Shown here in pieces: positions 48,403 to 59,700 of a DNA stretch of 64,000 bases. Both the position numbers and the translations under genes were made by a program. Numbering within the stretch: position 1 is the first letter of the stretch; each line of letters begins with the position of its first letter. Origin of the DNA: an uncultured Nitrospiraceae bacterium (GTDB taxonomy: Bacteria; Nitrospirota; Nitrospiria; Nitrospirales; Nitrospiraceae); contig CAVSTP010000002.1 in the NCBI GenBank assembly GCA_963730935.1, forward strand, positions 640,001 through 704,000, read 5' to 3'. The notes under the pieces are model-generated. The model made no database searches, was not told the DNA's origin, and saw only the letters and a program-made list of their open reading frames with translations.

Positions 48403-49311
48403 TCACGACCGGCCATCAGAAAATGAGATGGTCGACCGACCGGCATGCGTGGACCGGCGCCTGACCAAATCCTGTAACGCCTCAGTCATCTCGGTAGGGG
48501 AGAGACGAATGCGGTCTCCATGCCCGGCGAGCACCCATTCAAAGCGGTAGTTCAGCAGCTTCTCAATGGACTGGACCATCGCCCGCGATCTCCAGACCAG
48601 CCGCCTCGGTGTTTCGAGCGATCGAGCCTCGGGATCCCACCAGAGGTGGTCGCCGGTGAACAGAAACCGACGATCGTAGAGCAGTGCAATGCTGCCCGCG
48701 GTGTGGCCCGGCACAGGGATGAGCTCGAATCCTGGAGCGAGGCCGACGGTCTCCAGCCCATCGATGATCCGTTCCGCATCCGGCATCGCTTCCGCATCTG
48801 CACGGTGGATGATGCGCGTGGCGCCGAATCGTGCGGCGTATCGGGCAGCATCGGCAACATCGTCTTCATGCGTCAAGAAGATGTACCTGAGCCCTCCCAT
48901 GCGCTCGAAGGCATCGGTCAGGTGTTTGATGTAACGCGGCGAGTCGACCAGCCAGTTTCCGTCAGGATGCTGGATGAAATAACTGTTCGCGCCGAACGAT
49001 TTCTCAGAATTAAAGCCGCAGTAAAACACACCTGCTTCAAGGAGCAGAGGGAAACTGGACATCGCCTGTTTCAAGCGGGTGTGGTCACTGCGCTCAGTGC
49101 CGATCGAACCCACGGGACAGGCGAGCAGCGCCTGGTAGGCCTGATGGAGACGCTCGTCACCCTCCGGCTGGGCTGTCACGGCGGAAAACTCGCCGACTTC
49201 CTGAAAGCTGCGGGACGCCAGCTGGCGGCAGGTGTCGCAATTGATGCAGGTCGCGTCGACAAAGAAGTTGCCCGGCACATTGCTGTCGAGACGTTTTTTG
49301 GAGTCCGCCAT
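48403..49311 (-). CDS. Ferredoxin-fused metallo-beta-lactamase-fold hydrolase
   Basis: CINCDTC...CPVGSI; LTHEDD, PGHT.GS, FTGDH, GHG. Confidence 0.88.
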   Translation of the reverse strand: MADSKKRLDSNVPGNFFVDATCINCDTCRQLASRSFQEVGEFSAVTAQPEGDERLHQAYQALLACPVGSIGTERSDHTRLKQAMSSFPLLLEAGVFYCGFNSEKSFGANSYFIQHPDGNWLVDSPRYIKHLTDAFERMGGLRYIFLTHEDDVADAARYAARFGATRIIHRADAEAMPDAERIIDGLETVGLAPGFELIPVPGHTAGSIALLYDRRFLFTGDHLWWDPEARSLETPRRLVWRSRAMVQSIEKLLNYRFEWVLAGHGDRIRLSPTEMTEALQDLVRRRSTHAGRSTISFSDGRS

Positions 49312-49314
49312 ACG

Positions 49315-50040
49315 TTATCCGTTGAGCTCCGAAGCCGCCGCTTTCCGTCTGGCCCCATCCGCCGCCCGCCACAGGTACCAGGATGCAACTGTCCGATAGG
49401 GCTTCCAGCGCTCTCCATAGCGTAACATGGCTTTGGGGGTCGGCAGCGCGCGCCGGCCATAGGCGATCCGGAACCCGTTTCGCACTCCGAAGTCGTCAAC
49501 CGGGAGCACATCCGGACGGCCCAGATGGAAAATCAACAACATTTCCGCCGTCCAACGGCCGATGCCCCGAACGACCAGCAAGCGTTGGACGATCGCTTCA
49601 TCATCCAGCCGTTTGATTTCCCGATTCGTCGGAACCGTGCCGTCGAGCGCCTTTGCGGCAAGATCCTTCAAGGCTGTGATCTTGGGGCGAGAAAATCCCG
49701 CACGTCTCATGATCCGCCAATGTGTCGCGAGGATGTCGGCCGGACACGGAAAGCGGCGTCCGGGAAAAAGCGCGACGAGGCGCTTGAGGATGCTCGCGGC
49801 AGCCTTGTCGTGAAGCTGCTGATAGGCAATGGCTCGGACCAACGATTCAAACGGAGAGCACCCGACCCGCGGAGTCAGCGTACAGGGGCCGACCGCCTCA
49901 AGGAGATTCCTCATGACGGGATCGACGTTCGAGAGATGCGCGATTGCGGCGGAGGAGCGTCCCACCGTTTCACCGCACGAGAGGCGACGGTCGGTTCCAG
50001 CTGGAGGAAAAGACAAAATCACTGATCGGCTGACGCTCAC
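49315..50040 (-). CDS. alkA: DNA-3-methyladenine glycosylase II (AlkA family); start uncertain
   Basis: FESLVRAIAYQQL, VRGIGRWTAEM, DVLPVDDFGV, WKPYRT. Confidence 0.88.
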   Translation of the reverse strand: MSVSRSVILSFPPAGTDRRLSCGETVGRSSAAIAHLSNVDPVMRNLLEAVGPCTLTPRVGCSPFESLVRAIAYQQLHDKAAASILKRLVALFPGRRFPCPADILATHWRIMRRAGFSRPKITALKDLAAKALDGTVPTNREIKRLDDEAIVQRLLVVRGIGRWTAEMLLIFHLGRPDVLPVDDFGVRNGFRIAYGRRALPTPKAMLRYGERWKPYRTVASWYLWRAADGARRKAAASELNG

Positions 50041-50572
50041 GAGGGTTCAGTTCGCGTTCTTGCAAATAATCCGGAAGGATCGCTGGATCGCCCGGATATC
50101 CCACGGCAATCATCGCCACCGGCTCGAAGCCCGACGGAATTTGACATTCCCTGCGGGCCTTTTCCACATCGTACCCGGCCATCTGATGCGCCTGCAATCC
50201 CAGGCCGGTCGCTTGGAGAACAAGGTTCTCGACGGCCATGCCGGTGTCATGCAAGGCATGCCGGTTTGGTGTTCCATCGTCCTCAAAAAACAGACTTGCA
50301 ACAGAGAGGATCAAGACCGGCGCACGGAACGCCCACTTCAGATTCCTTTCGGAGAGGCACCCGAGCAGCCTGTCGTAGTCGGGTCGGTGGTCCTTGGTGG
50401 CCGCAAGAAACCGCCACGGCTGTTCATTGTTCGAAGAGGGCGCCCAACGCGCCGCCTCGAACAGACTCTTGAATTTCTCCGGTTCCAGCGGTCGTTCCTC
50501 GAAGGCGCGCGGACTCCAGCGGCGTGCAATGAGGTCTACGATGTGGTGCTGCGCCGGCGCCGGTTTTTCCAT
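49970..50572 (-). CDS. Nitroreductase family protein
   Basis: RRWSPRAF, EAARWAPSSNNEQPWRF, HQMAG, AVGY. Confidence 0.92.
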   Translation of the reverse strand: MEKPAPAQHHIVDLIARRWSPRAFEERPLEPEKFKSLFEAARWAPSSNNEQPWRFLAATKDHRPDYDRLLGCLSERNLKWAFRAPVLILSVASLFFEDDGTPNRHALHDTGMAVENLVLQATGLGLQAHQMAGYDVEKARRECQIPSGFEPVAMIAVGYPGDPAILPDYLQERELNPRERQPISDFVFSSSWNRPSPLVR

Positions 50573-52002
50573 GCGGTCAGCTGTCCTTCTTCTCGCGGAT
50601 TCTCCGGATTCTCCGCCATCTCCGGAGACCATCCGCCGCCGAGCGCCTTGTACAGTTGGACAACCGACACCAGATGCAACCGTCGCGAGCCGGTCATGGC
50701 CAATTCGGCCTCGAAGAGACTGCGCCGCGCCACGAGCACATCGAGATAGTTCGCCAGACCGCCTTTGTAGCGGAGTTCGGCGAGACGAAGCGCGGATTGC
50801 AGTGCATTGACTTGCTGTTGCTGCGCCTCGTTCTGTTGGCGGGCGGTTCTGGCGGCCACCAAGGCATCTTCGACCTCGCGAAACGCCGTCAGCACCGTTT
50901 GTTGGTAGTCCGCTAGCGTTTGCTTGGCCTGCGCCTCGACGGCGTCCTGCTGGAATCCCAGCGCTTGCGCGTTGAACAGGGGAAGCGTGAACCCGGCGCC
51001 GGCCGCTCCGAAGGACGACACGTCGGAAAAGATCGATCCCGTATGGGGATCTGCTGCACCGATCAGCCCCGTGAGCGAAATTTTAGGAAAGCGGTCGGCC
51101 TTGGCCGCGCCGATCCGGGCGGTCGCGGCGTTCAACGTTCGATCCGCCTGCAAGATGTCCGGGCGCCGCTGGAGCAGTTCGGAAGGGAGGCCCGGCGGAA
51201 TTGTCGGAGGCAGTGTCTGCTCCACGAGCGACTTCCCGCGGGGAATCTCGAAGGGCTTTCGACCGAGTAGGACGCTCAGCTGGTTTTCCGCCTGAATCAT
51301 TTGCCGCTCCAATTCGGCGGTCCGTGCCGCGGCATTCGCCCGCTCGGCCTCAAACTGATCGGCATCCAGTTTCGACGTCATCCCTTGGCGCAAGCGCGCC
51401 TGGGCAATGCGGACCGATTCCTCCCACGATTGCAGCGTGCGCTTGGCGATCGTCACCTGGGTGTCGAACTGGAGAAGGTTGAAATAGGCTTCCGCCACCG
51501 CACTGACCAGTTCCAGCACGACCGCCCGTCGGCTTTCTTCTTTCGCGAAGAGATCCGCGCGGGCCGCTTCATTGGCACGCCTGATGCGCCCCCACACATC
51601 CACTTCCCAGGACAGATTGCCCTGGAGGTAGTAGTTGAAGGGGTTGGGAAACCCTGGAACAAGGAAGACCGTCTTGCGGCCGAACGAAGGTGCATTGCCG
51701 GATGCCGTCATGTTGGGAAGAAAGTCTGATTTGGCGACCCAGGCCCTGGCCTGAAACTCCTCAACAGTGGCCGCGGCCTTTTGCAGATTTTTATTTTCGG
51801 CCAGGGCGGTGCGGACCAAGTGTTGAAGCTGCTGATCTTTCAACAGCTCCCACCAGGGCAGATTGGCCATGGAGGGCGCATCAGCACCCGCTTCGGCCAT
51901 GCGAAACCGGTCGTCCGTATCGCCGGGGGGGCGCTCATAGTCGGGGCCCATGGCGCAGGACGTCAACAGAACGGACAGGACAACGATGGCGTAGGGGCGC
52001 AT
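50536..52002 (-). CDS. RND efflux outer-membrane lipoprotein (NodT/OprM family)
   Basis: LTSC..GPDY, SWEVDVWG, PSELLQRRPDI, LYKALGGGW. Confidence 0.93.
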   Translation of the reverse strand: MRPYAIVVLSVLLTSCAMGPDYERPPGDTDDRFRMAEAGADAPSMANLPWWELLKDQQLQHLVRTALAENKNLQKAAATVEEFQARAWVAKSDFLPNMTASGNAPSFGRKTVFLVPGFPNPFNYYLQGNLSWEVDVWGRIRRANEAARADLFAKEESRRAVVLELVSAVAEAYFNLLQFDTQVTIAKRTLQSWEESVRIAQARLRQGMTSKLDADQFEAERANAAARTAELERQMIQAENQLSVLLGRKPFEIPRGKSLVEQTLPPTIPPGLPSELLQRRPDILQADRTLNAATARIGAAKADRFPKISLTGLIGAADPHTGSIFSDVSSFGAAGAGFTLPLFNAQALGFQQDAVEAQAKQTLADYQQTVLTAFREVEDALVAARTARQQNEAQQQQVNALQSALRLAELRYKGGLANYLDVLVARRSLFEAELAMTGSRRLHLVSVVQLYKALGGGWSPEMAENPENPREEGQLTAWKNRRRRSTTS

Positions 52003-52003
52003 G

Positions 52004-55000
52004 TCAGGTTTCTCCTTTCGGAAGCCGTGAGGGTTCGTGCACTCCTCGCGACGGCACCGGGATCCGGCCCGTGAGCTTCCTGATCAACACATAGAACAAC
52101 GGCACGAAAAAGATCGCCAAGAACGTGGCAGCGAGCATGCCACCCAACACCCCGGTGCCGATGGATTGCCGGCTCGCGGCGCCAGCCCCGGTCGCAATCA
52201 CCAGGGGAAACATGCCGAAGATGAAGGCCATCGACGTCATAATGATCGGCCGAAAACGCAGTCTGGCCGCTTCAATCGCCGCGTCAATCAGCGGCATCCC
52301 GGCTTCATACCGAGTGTTGGCAAATTCGACGATAAGAATGGCGTTTTTTGCCGAGAGTCCGATGAGTGTGACCATGCCAATTTGAAAGTAGATGTCGTTT
52401 GAGAAGCCCCGCAACCATACGGCCGACAGGGCGCCAAAGATCGCGAACGGGACGGCGAGGATAACCGCGAAGGGCACCGCCCAGCTTTCGAATTGTGCCG
52501 CTAGAACGAGGAAGACCATCAACAAACCGATGAGAAAGACAACATTTGATTGGCTTCCAACCCGACGCTCTTGAAAGGAAATATTGCTCCAGTCGATGTC
52601 ATAACCTTGCGGGAGCAACACTTCATTGGCCGCCCGCTCCAAGGCCTCGAGCGCCTGCCCGGAACTATAGCCTCGTGCGGCCGAGCCAAGGACCAGCGCC
52701 GTGTTATATCCATTGAAGTGGTTTACGGGATCCGGTCCGCTTTGATATTCCGTGGTGACGATCGTGTCGAGTGGAATCATGCTCGTCCCCTGTCCGTTCT
52801 GCGCACGGATATAGATCTTGGAAATATCCTGAGGCTTCGACCGGTATTCCGCATCTGCTTCGGTCTGTACATGGTAGATTCGACCGAATTTTAGGAAGTC
52901 GTTGATATAGAAAGTGCCGAAGTACGCTTGCAAGGTATCAAAGGCGTCGGAGATCGGTACCCCGAGGGCTTTGGCTCGTTCGCGATTGACATGCGCATAG
53001 AGACGCGGCGCAGATACCCGGAAGTTCGTTCCCACCTGGCCGATGGCCGGCTCCTTTTTCGCTCGCTCGATAAATTGTTGGGCGACAGCCGCGAATTTCT
53101 TGAAGTCTCCTCCGTTCGGATCTTGTAACTGAACTGAAAACCCGCCGACCGTGCCCACACCGCGAAGGGACGGCGCATTAAAGGCTAGGAGAAGCGCTTC
53201 TGGGATCTTGGCAAACTCCGCATACGCCATCCCGATCAGCGATTGGACGTGATATTGCGGTTCTGTGCGTTTGTCCCATAGATGCAGAGGCACAAACATC
53301 GTTGCGGCATTTGGACCTCTCGTGCCGAAGACAAAATTCTGCCCGGACATGGCATCGGTCGAATGAACGGCCGGATTGGCCTGAAACACCTTTTCGATCC
53401 GCTCGAGCACCGCGTCTGTGCGCTGCTTCGACGCCCCATCCGGAAGCTGCACCACCACAATAAAGTACCCTTGATCCTCCTCAGGCAGAAAACTGCGCGG
53501 CAAGCTGACGAACATGCCGGCCGATAACAGCACGACGAGACCGAACACGAGCATGACCCGGATGGGCCTTACGACGAGCTTACCCACGATGCTGGTATAG
53601 CCTCGCTGAGTGCCGCCGAACACACGGTCGAACCATTTCCAGAACCCGCCGCGCTCTCCTTCGTGGTGCACGAGAAACATGCTACAGAGCGCAGGGCTTA
53701 AGGTGAGGGCCACGAAACCTGAAACCGTGACCGAGATCGCGATCGTTGCGGCGAATTGTTTATACAGAGCACCGGTAATCCCACCAATGAAGCCCACCGG
53801 GACGAAGACCGAGACCAACACCAGCACGATCGCGATCACCGGAGCGGTGACTTCGGACATGGCGCGCTTCGCGGCCTCTTTGGCCGAGACGCGATCCTCC
53901 CGCATGTGCCGTTCGACGTTTTCCACCACCACGATGGCGTCGTCCACGACAATGCCAATCGCCAAGACCATCCCAAACAAGGTAATGGTATTGATCGAAA
54001 AGCCCAGCGCATAGAGACCGGCGAAAGTCCCGATCAATGACACCGGCACGGCAACCGTCGGAATAATCGTCGTCCGCCAACTCTGAAGGAAGAGATAGAC
54101 GACCAGAATGACCAGGGCCATGGCCTCCGCAAGGGTTTTGACGACTTCCTTGATGGACACTTCGATAAACCGGGTGGTGTCATAAGGAATGTCGTAGGAC
54201 ACGCCCGGGGGAAAGTCTTTGGCAAGCTTGTCCATGACCACACGAGTCGCGCGGACGGTATCTAACGCGTTCGCACCCGGCGCGAGAAACGTCACGATGA
54301 ATGTGGTTGGGCGGCTGTTCCACCGGCCTTCCAACGCATACGATTGGGCGCCGAGTTCAATACGGGCCACGTCCGTCAAACGCACAAGGGATCCGTCCGG
54401 CAGTGCACGGACGATTAACTCCTCAAAATCCTTCACATCCGTGAGCCGGCCCTTTGTAATGACGGGGATCGTCAACTCAGTGCCTTTCATGGCTGGTTCC
54501 CGGCCGATCAAACCGGCCGGATAATCGCGGTTCTGCTCTCGGATGATCGCGGCGATGTCGGTGGGCGTCAGGCTCAACCGCGCCATCATCAACGGATTCA
54601 GAATGATCCGCATGCTGTAGTTCTGCTGGCCGAAGACCATCGCATCGCCGACACCTTTCACGCGGCGGACGTTGTCGACCAGTCGCAGAATGGCGTAGTT
54701 CGAGAGGAAGACGGCGTCGTGGTTTGGATCGGTGGATTTCAGGGCAATGACCCCCACGAGATCGGGGGACATTTTCTTCACGCTCACCCCTTGCCTGATG
54801 ACTTCCGGCGGCAGTTGCGGCTCCGCGAGTTTTTCGCGATTCTGAGTTTGGACCTGGGCAATGTCAGGGTCGGTGCCGATTTCAAAGGTCAGTTTGATGG
54901 TGACATGGCCGTCGTTGCTGCTCGTGCTGTCGAAGTACACGAGGTTGTCGATGCCGGGTAGCTGAACTTCGATGGCCCGAGCCACCGATTCCGCAACGAC

Positions 55001-55168
55001 CTCCGCGCTCGCGCCCGGATAATCGGCATCGATTTGGACGACCGGAGGAGTGATTTCAGGAAACTGTGCGATGGGCAGGAACTGGACGGACAGCAGGCCC
55101 ATGACCACAATCACGAGGGACACGACCGAGGCCATGATCGGCCGATCGATGAAGACATGGGAGGTCAC
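52004..55168 (-). CDS. RND efflux permease (HAE1/AcrB-like)
   Basis: FIDRPI, GIVVDDAIVVVENVER, AKNAILIVEFA, RFRPIIMTS. Confidence 0.96.
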   Translation of the reverse strand: MTSHVFIDRPIMASVVSLVIVVMGLLSVQFLPIAQFPEITPPVVQIDADYPGASAEVVAESVARAIEVQLPGIDNLVYFDSTSSNDGHVTIKLTFEIGTDPDIAQVQTQNREKLAEPQLPPEVIRQGVSVKKMSPDLVGVIALKSTDPNHDAVFLSNYAILRLVDNVRRVKGVGDAMVFGQQNYSMRIILNPLMMARLSLTPTDIAAIIREQNRDYPAGLIGREPAMKGTELTIPVITKGRLTDVKDFEELIVRALPDGSLVRLTDVARIELGAQSYALEGRWNSRPTTFIVTFLAPGANALDTVRATRVVMDKLAKDFPPGVSYDIPYDTTRFIEVSIKEVVKTLAEAMALVILVVYLFLQSWRTTIIPTVAVPVSLIGTFAGLYALGFSINTITLFGMVLAIGIVVDDAIVVVENVERHMREDRVSAKEAAKRAMSEVTAPVIAIVLVLVSVFVPVGFIGGITGALYKQFAATIAISVTVSGFVALTLSPALCSMFLVHHEGERGGFWKWFDRVFGGTQRGYTSIVGKLVVRPIRVMLVFGLVVLLSAGMFVSLPRSFLPEEDQGYFIVVVQLPDGASKQRTDAVLERIEKVFQANPAVHSTDAMSGQNFVFGTRGPNAATMFVPLHLWDKRTEPQYHVQSLIGMAYAEFAKIPEALLLAFNAPSLRGVGTVGGFSVQLQDPNGGDFKKFAAVAQQFIERAKKEPAIGQVGTNFRVSAPRLYAHVNRERAKALGVPISDAFDTLQAYFGTFYINDFLKFGRIYHVQTEADAEYRSKPQDISKIYIRAQNGQGTSMIPLDTIVTTEYQSGPDPVNHFNGYNTALVLGSAARGYSSGQALEALERAANEVLLPQGYDIDWSNISFQERRVGSQSNVVFLIGLLMVFLVLAAQFESWAVPFAVILAVPFAIFGALSAVWLRGFSNDIYFQIGMVTLIGLSAKNAILIVEFANTRYEAGMPLIDAAIEAARLRFRPIIMTSMAFIFGMFPLVIATGAGAASRQSIGTGVLGGMLAATFLAIFFVPLFYVLIRKLTGRIPVPSRGVHEPSRLPKGET

Positions 55169-55171
55169 GCG

Positions 55172-56395
55172 TCACCCTTGTTTCGGCGCCCCGGAAGGAG
55201 ACGCGGTGGCCGGCGGCGCCTCTCCGGCAGGGACGGCCTTCACCAAGGCACCGGGACCGATCTTCATCAATCCGTTGACGACGACACGGTCGCCGGCTTG
55301 AATGCCCTCGTCGATGAGCCACTGATCGCCCTGCCAGGTCGAGGCCTGAACCGGGCGCATCTGCACGTGCTCGTCGGGACCCACGATGTAGACGAACGGG
55401 CCCTGCGGCCCTTGGAGCACGGCGCGTTGCGGGATCAACACGACATTGGGTTTGGTGTCCCCCTTGAATTTCACTTTCACGAATTGTCCCGGCAGCAGCT
55501 CCCGTTTCGGGTTGGGAATCGTGATGCGCACGACGCGTGCCCCCGTTTCCGTCCGGAGGCCGGGCTCCATTAAATCCAGCACCCCTTCGTGGGGATAGGT
55601 GGTGCCGTCCAGCAACATCATCTCGCCTCGAAGCTGGTACACGCCGGGATGGGCAATCCGTTTCTCTTCGATGTCGCGTCGGCGTTTAAGGAGGAACTTC
55701 TCGGGGATACTCACCACCACGTACATGGGATCGACCCGATGCACCATGGTGAGCAAATCGGTTTGAGCCGACACGAGCCGTCCTTCGTAATACCGTGTCC
55801 GTTCGATCAACCCGTCGATCGGAGCGGTGATTAGGGTATTGTCCAAATCGAACTGAGCTTTCATGAGGTCCGCCTTGGCGCCCTGCAAGGCCGCTTTGGA
55901 CGAGAGGTCTTCGGCCACGGCGTCGTCCACGTCCTTTTGACTGACCGCTTGCTCGGCCAGGAGCGGCTTGACGCGGGCCAAGTCCTGCCTGGCTTGCACG
56001 ACCTTCGCTTCCGCTTGCGCAATCCTGGCCTTCGCGCTGGCTGCCGCGGCTTGGAAGGGGACCGGATCGATCTGATAGAGGCGGTTGCCCTTCTTGACGT
56101 CGCGCCCCTCTTGATACAGCACCGCTTTGATCAAGCCGGTGACTTGCGAACGGATCTCAACCGGTCGAGAGGCTTCTGCTTGGCCAAGGAATTCCGGCTC
56201 GTCAGGAACGGTCGTGGTGCTCGCCGTGATCACCTCTACCTGGGGTACCTGAGGTGAGGGAGCCGAGCCTGCATCTTGTTTACACGCCGCGAGGCCCACC
56301 AGGGCGAGCGCACCGAGCAGCCCCCAGGCCAGATGGCGTCTGGATTCTGCCCTGAGAGCAATGGACTGCGACATACGATCCATCCTTGTCATCAT
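55172..56395 (-). CDS. RND periplasmic adaptor subunit
   Basis: LAAC lipobox, EIRSQVTG, ITAPIDG, LLPGQF. Confidence 0.93.
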   Translation of the reverse strand: MMTRMDRMSQSIALRAESRRHLAWGLLGALALVGLAACKQDAGSAPSPQVPQVEVITASTTTVPDEPEFLGQAEASRPVEIRSQVTGLIKAVLYQEGRDVKKGNRLYQIDPVPFQAAAASAKARIAQAEAKVVQARQDLARVKPLLAEQAVSQKDVDDAVAEDLSSKAALQGAKADLMKAQFDLDNTLITAPIDGLIERTRYYEGRLVSAQTDLLTMVHRVDPMYVVVSIPEKFLLKRRRDIEEKRIAHPGVYQLRGEMMLLDGTTYPHEGVLDLMEPGLRTETGARVVRITIPNPKRELLPGQFVKVKFKGDTKPNVVLIPQRAVLQGPQGPFVYIVGPDEHVQMRPVQASTWQGDQWLIDEGIQAGDRVVVNGLMKIGPGALVKAVPAGEAPPATASPSGAPKQG

Positions 56396-56455
56396 TTTCG
56401 CATCTTAGTGGGCGGTAGACTTCCTTAGCAAGCAAGGCTTTGACGCCTTTCCGCC

Positions 56456-56734
56456 TTACCTGACCTGCTTTTTCGCGTCCTCCACGATGGACCTCATGCA
56501 GCATCCGCTGGCGAGCAGGTCGGCGCCCGCCCGGTACATTCGCGTCAACAGCGCCTTGCCTTCCTGTTCGACATACGTGACACCGGTCAGATCGACAATT
56601 AATCGCCGGCCGGCAGCGGATTGTTCCGAATCCCGCCAGCATTGTTCAAGTTCTCCAATCCAGGGACCCACCAGGCGACCCTCGAGAGTGATTCTCGTCG
56701 AATCGTCCGACCTGTGGGTGGTGATCTTCAGCAT
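56456..56734 (-). CDS. STAS-like small protein
   Basis: MLKIT..LEGRL.GPW..EL..VDLTGVTYVE..G..LL. Confidence 0.75.
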   Translation of the reverse strand: MLKITTHRSDDSTRITLEGRLVGPWIGELEQCWRDSEQSAAGRRLIVDLTGVTYVEQEGKALLTRMYRAGADLLASGCCMRSIVEDAKKQVR

Positions 56735-56772
56735 GGTATGAATTCTTCTCCTTTGTGCAACGTTATCGTGGC

Positions 56773-59700
56773 TCAGGCCTTGGCGCCAGCCACCAACAGC
56801 TCGTCATCCTCGACGAGGTCTTCCAGGTCGTCCCGCAAGGCGTCCGGCTGATGCTCTGCGGCGATCAGCGAATAAAACACCGGCACGACGAACAGCGTGA
56901 ACAGGGTCCCGACCGTCATGCCGGTCACGAGCACCATGCCGATGCTGTTTCGCGCCGCTGCGCCCGGTCCCGTCGCCAGCACCAGGGGAAGATGGCCGAA
57001 GACCGTGGCCGCCGAGGTCATGAGCACCGGCCGCAAACGGGTCAGGGCTGCCTCCCGCACTGCCACCGCACGTGCAAGCCCGCTGGCTTGAAGCTGATTG
57101 GCGAACTCGACGATCAGAATTCCGTTTTTGGCGATCAGTCCGACCAGCGTGATCAGCCCCACCTGCGAGTAGATATTGATGGTCGTCAGGTCGAGAAAAC
57201 TGAACACGAGTGCGCCGGAAATCGCGAGCGGGACGGAACCAAGCAGCACGATCAAGGGGTCACGAAAGCTTTGAAACTGGGCCGCCAGCACGAGATAGAT
57301 AAGGACGACCGCAAACCCGAGGGTGACCGTCAGCGCACCACCTTCCTGACGAATCTGCCGAGACTCGCCGGCATAATCGAGCACGACCGGCGGTCCTCCT
57401 GCCGTTGCCGCGGCGGCTTCGAGCACGCGGAGGCCTTCCGCCTTGGTCACGCCCGGCTTCACGCCGCCGAAGATGCGGACGGCGTTGCGCTGCTGGAAGC
57501 GGTTGAGCGTGCGGGGTGCGGTGCTCGTCTCGATGTGCGTGAAGGTCGAGACCGGCACGAGTTGACCGGCTGGAGTCTTGATCTTGAGGTCGAGGAGCGG
57601 TTCCACGGTCGCACGGTCCTTGTCGCCGATCTGCGGAATCACTTTGTAGCTCCGGTCGAAATAGTTGAAGCGGTTGACGTAGGCCCCGCCGAGGAGCGTG
57701 CCGAGTTCCCGGCCCACGCCGGCCAAATCGAGCCCCAGATCGGCCAGACGCTCGCGGTCGAGGACGACACGCGCTTCCGGTAGATCGATTTTCAGATCGG
57801 TGTCCACATACAAAAACTTCCCGCTCTGCCACCCTGCGCCGAGGACGGCGCCGACCGTTTGCAGCATCTGGTCAGCCGGAACATCGCTCTGCAAGACCAA
57901 CTCCACGTCGTACTGACCGGGGGTGGGGAGCGGCGGGTCCAGACGGGGGAATACGCGCAGGCCGGGCACTTGCGACACAGCGCCAAAGACCTGGCCATAC
58001 ATCTGCTCGGTCGAGCGCTCCCGCACATGCCAGTCCTTTGCGACGAGTCCCCCGAAGCCGCCCCATGCGGTAGTCAGCGACCAGGTGAACTCGGTTTCGG
58101 GAAAGGACCTGACGGCATCCACGATCTGGAGATGCTGGCGGTTCGTGGCGGCCACGGTGGAGTCGGGCGATGCTTCGAAGAAGAGACTGATATGACTTTG
58201 ATCCTCGACAGGTGCGAGTTCCTGCCGAGAGAACAGATAGAGAGGCCAGGCGGCGACCATGATCAGCACGGCCGCGGCGACGATGCCCCAGCGCATCTCC
58301 AACGCGCCGTCGAGCAGCCGTGCATATCCTCGGCGGACCAGCTCGAACGTCCGGTTCACCAGCACGGCCATCCGGCCTTCCTTGCCCTGAGGGTGGACGA
58401 ATCGTGAACTCATCACCGGCGAGAGCGTCACGGCGACGACACCCGACAACACCACGGCCACCGCGAGCGTCATGGCAAACTCGAGAAACAGAGAGCCGGT
58501 CAAGCCACCCTGGAATCCAATCGGCGTGTAGACCGTCGCCAGGGTAATCGTCATCGCAATAATGGGACCGATCAGCTCGCGAGCTCCTGCCAACGCCGCC
58601 TCGATCCGCGATTTGCCCTGCCGGACGTGCCGCTCGACGTTCTCCACCACCACGATCGCATCATCGACCACCAAGCCGACCGACAACACAATGGCGAGCA
58701 GCGTCAAGAGATTCAGGCTGAAGCCGAACGCGAACATAAAGAGGGCTGCTCCGATCAGTGACACCGGTATCGCCACCAACGGCACGAGCGCCGTGCGCAC
58801 GGAGCCCATGAAGAGAAAGACGACCAGCGCGACGATCAGAATCGTTTCCGACAAGGTCTTGGTGATTTCGGTCAGCGCATTCCGCATGAACATCGTGCCG
58901 TCCCAGACGAGCCGCATATCGATGTCCTTCGGCAGTGTCGGCCTGATGCGCTCCATTTCATCTCGCAACCGTTTGGCCACGTCGATTTCGTTCGCCCCGG
59001 GGACTGGCCAGACGCCCAGATAGACGCCTTCCGTGCTGTTGTACTTCGCGACCATGTCCGCCTCTTCGGCCTCACGCTCGACCTTGGCAATGTCTTTTAG
59101 CCGTACAATGGCGCCACCGCGATCGGCAACGATCAGGTCTTCGAACTCTTCGGTGGAACGGAGGTCGGTATTGGCGAGCAGATTGACCTGTACCAGATTG
59201 CCCTTGGTCCGGCCGACCGCCGCTAAATAGTTGTTCCGTCGGAGCGCGCCCTGCACGTCTCCTGGCGAAAGATTGAAGGAGGCCAACCGGTCGGGATCGA
59301 TCCAAATGCGCATCGCGATTTGGCGGCCACCCTCGATCGTCACCCGCTGGACACCCGACAGCGTCGCGAGTTGCGGCTGCAGCGTGCGCAGCAGCCAGTC
59401 TGTCACCGCGGGGACGGTCCGCTCGCTGGAGGTGAAGCTCAGATAGAAGGAGGCGTAGGGCCGATCGGCGCGCTGCACTTCGACGACCGGCGGCTCGGCT
59501 TCTGCCGGCAGCTCTGAGCGCACTTGTTGAAGCCGCGCTGTCACCTCGGCCAACGCCGCCGTGCTGCTGTGGTTCAATTTCAAATGCACCGTGACCGTGC
59601 TCACGCCGCCACGGCTGGTGGATTCCACGTAATCGACCCCGCCGATTGCCGACGCGACCCGCTCGATCGGCGTGCTCAGAAACCCGCGGACGGTCTCTGC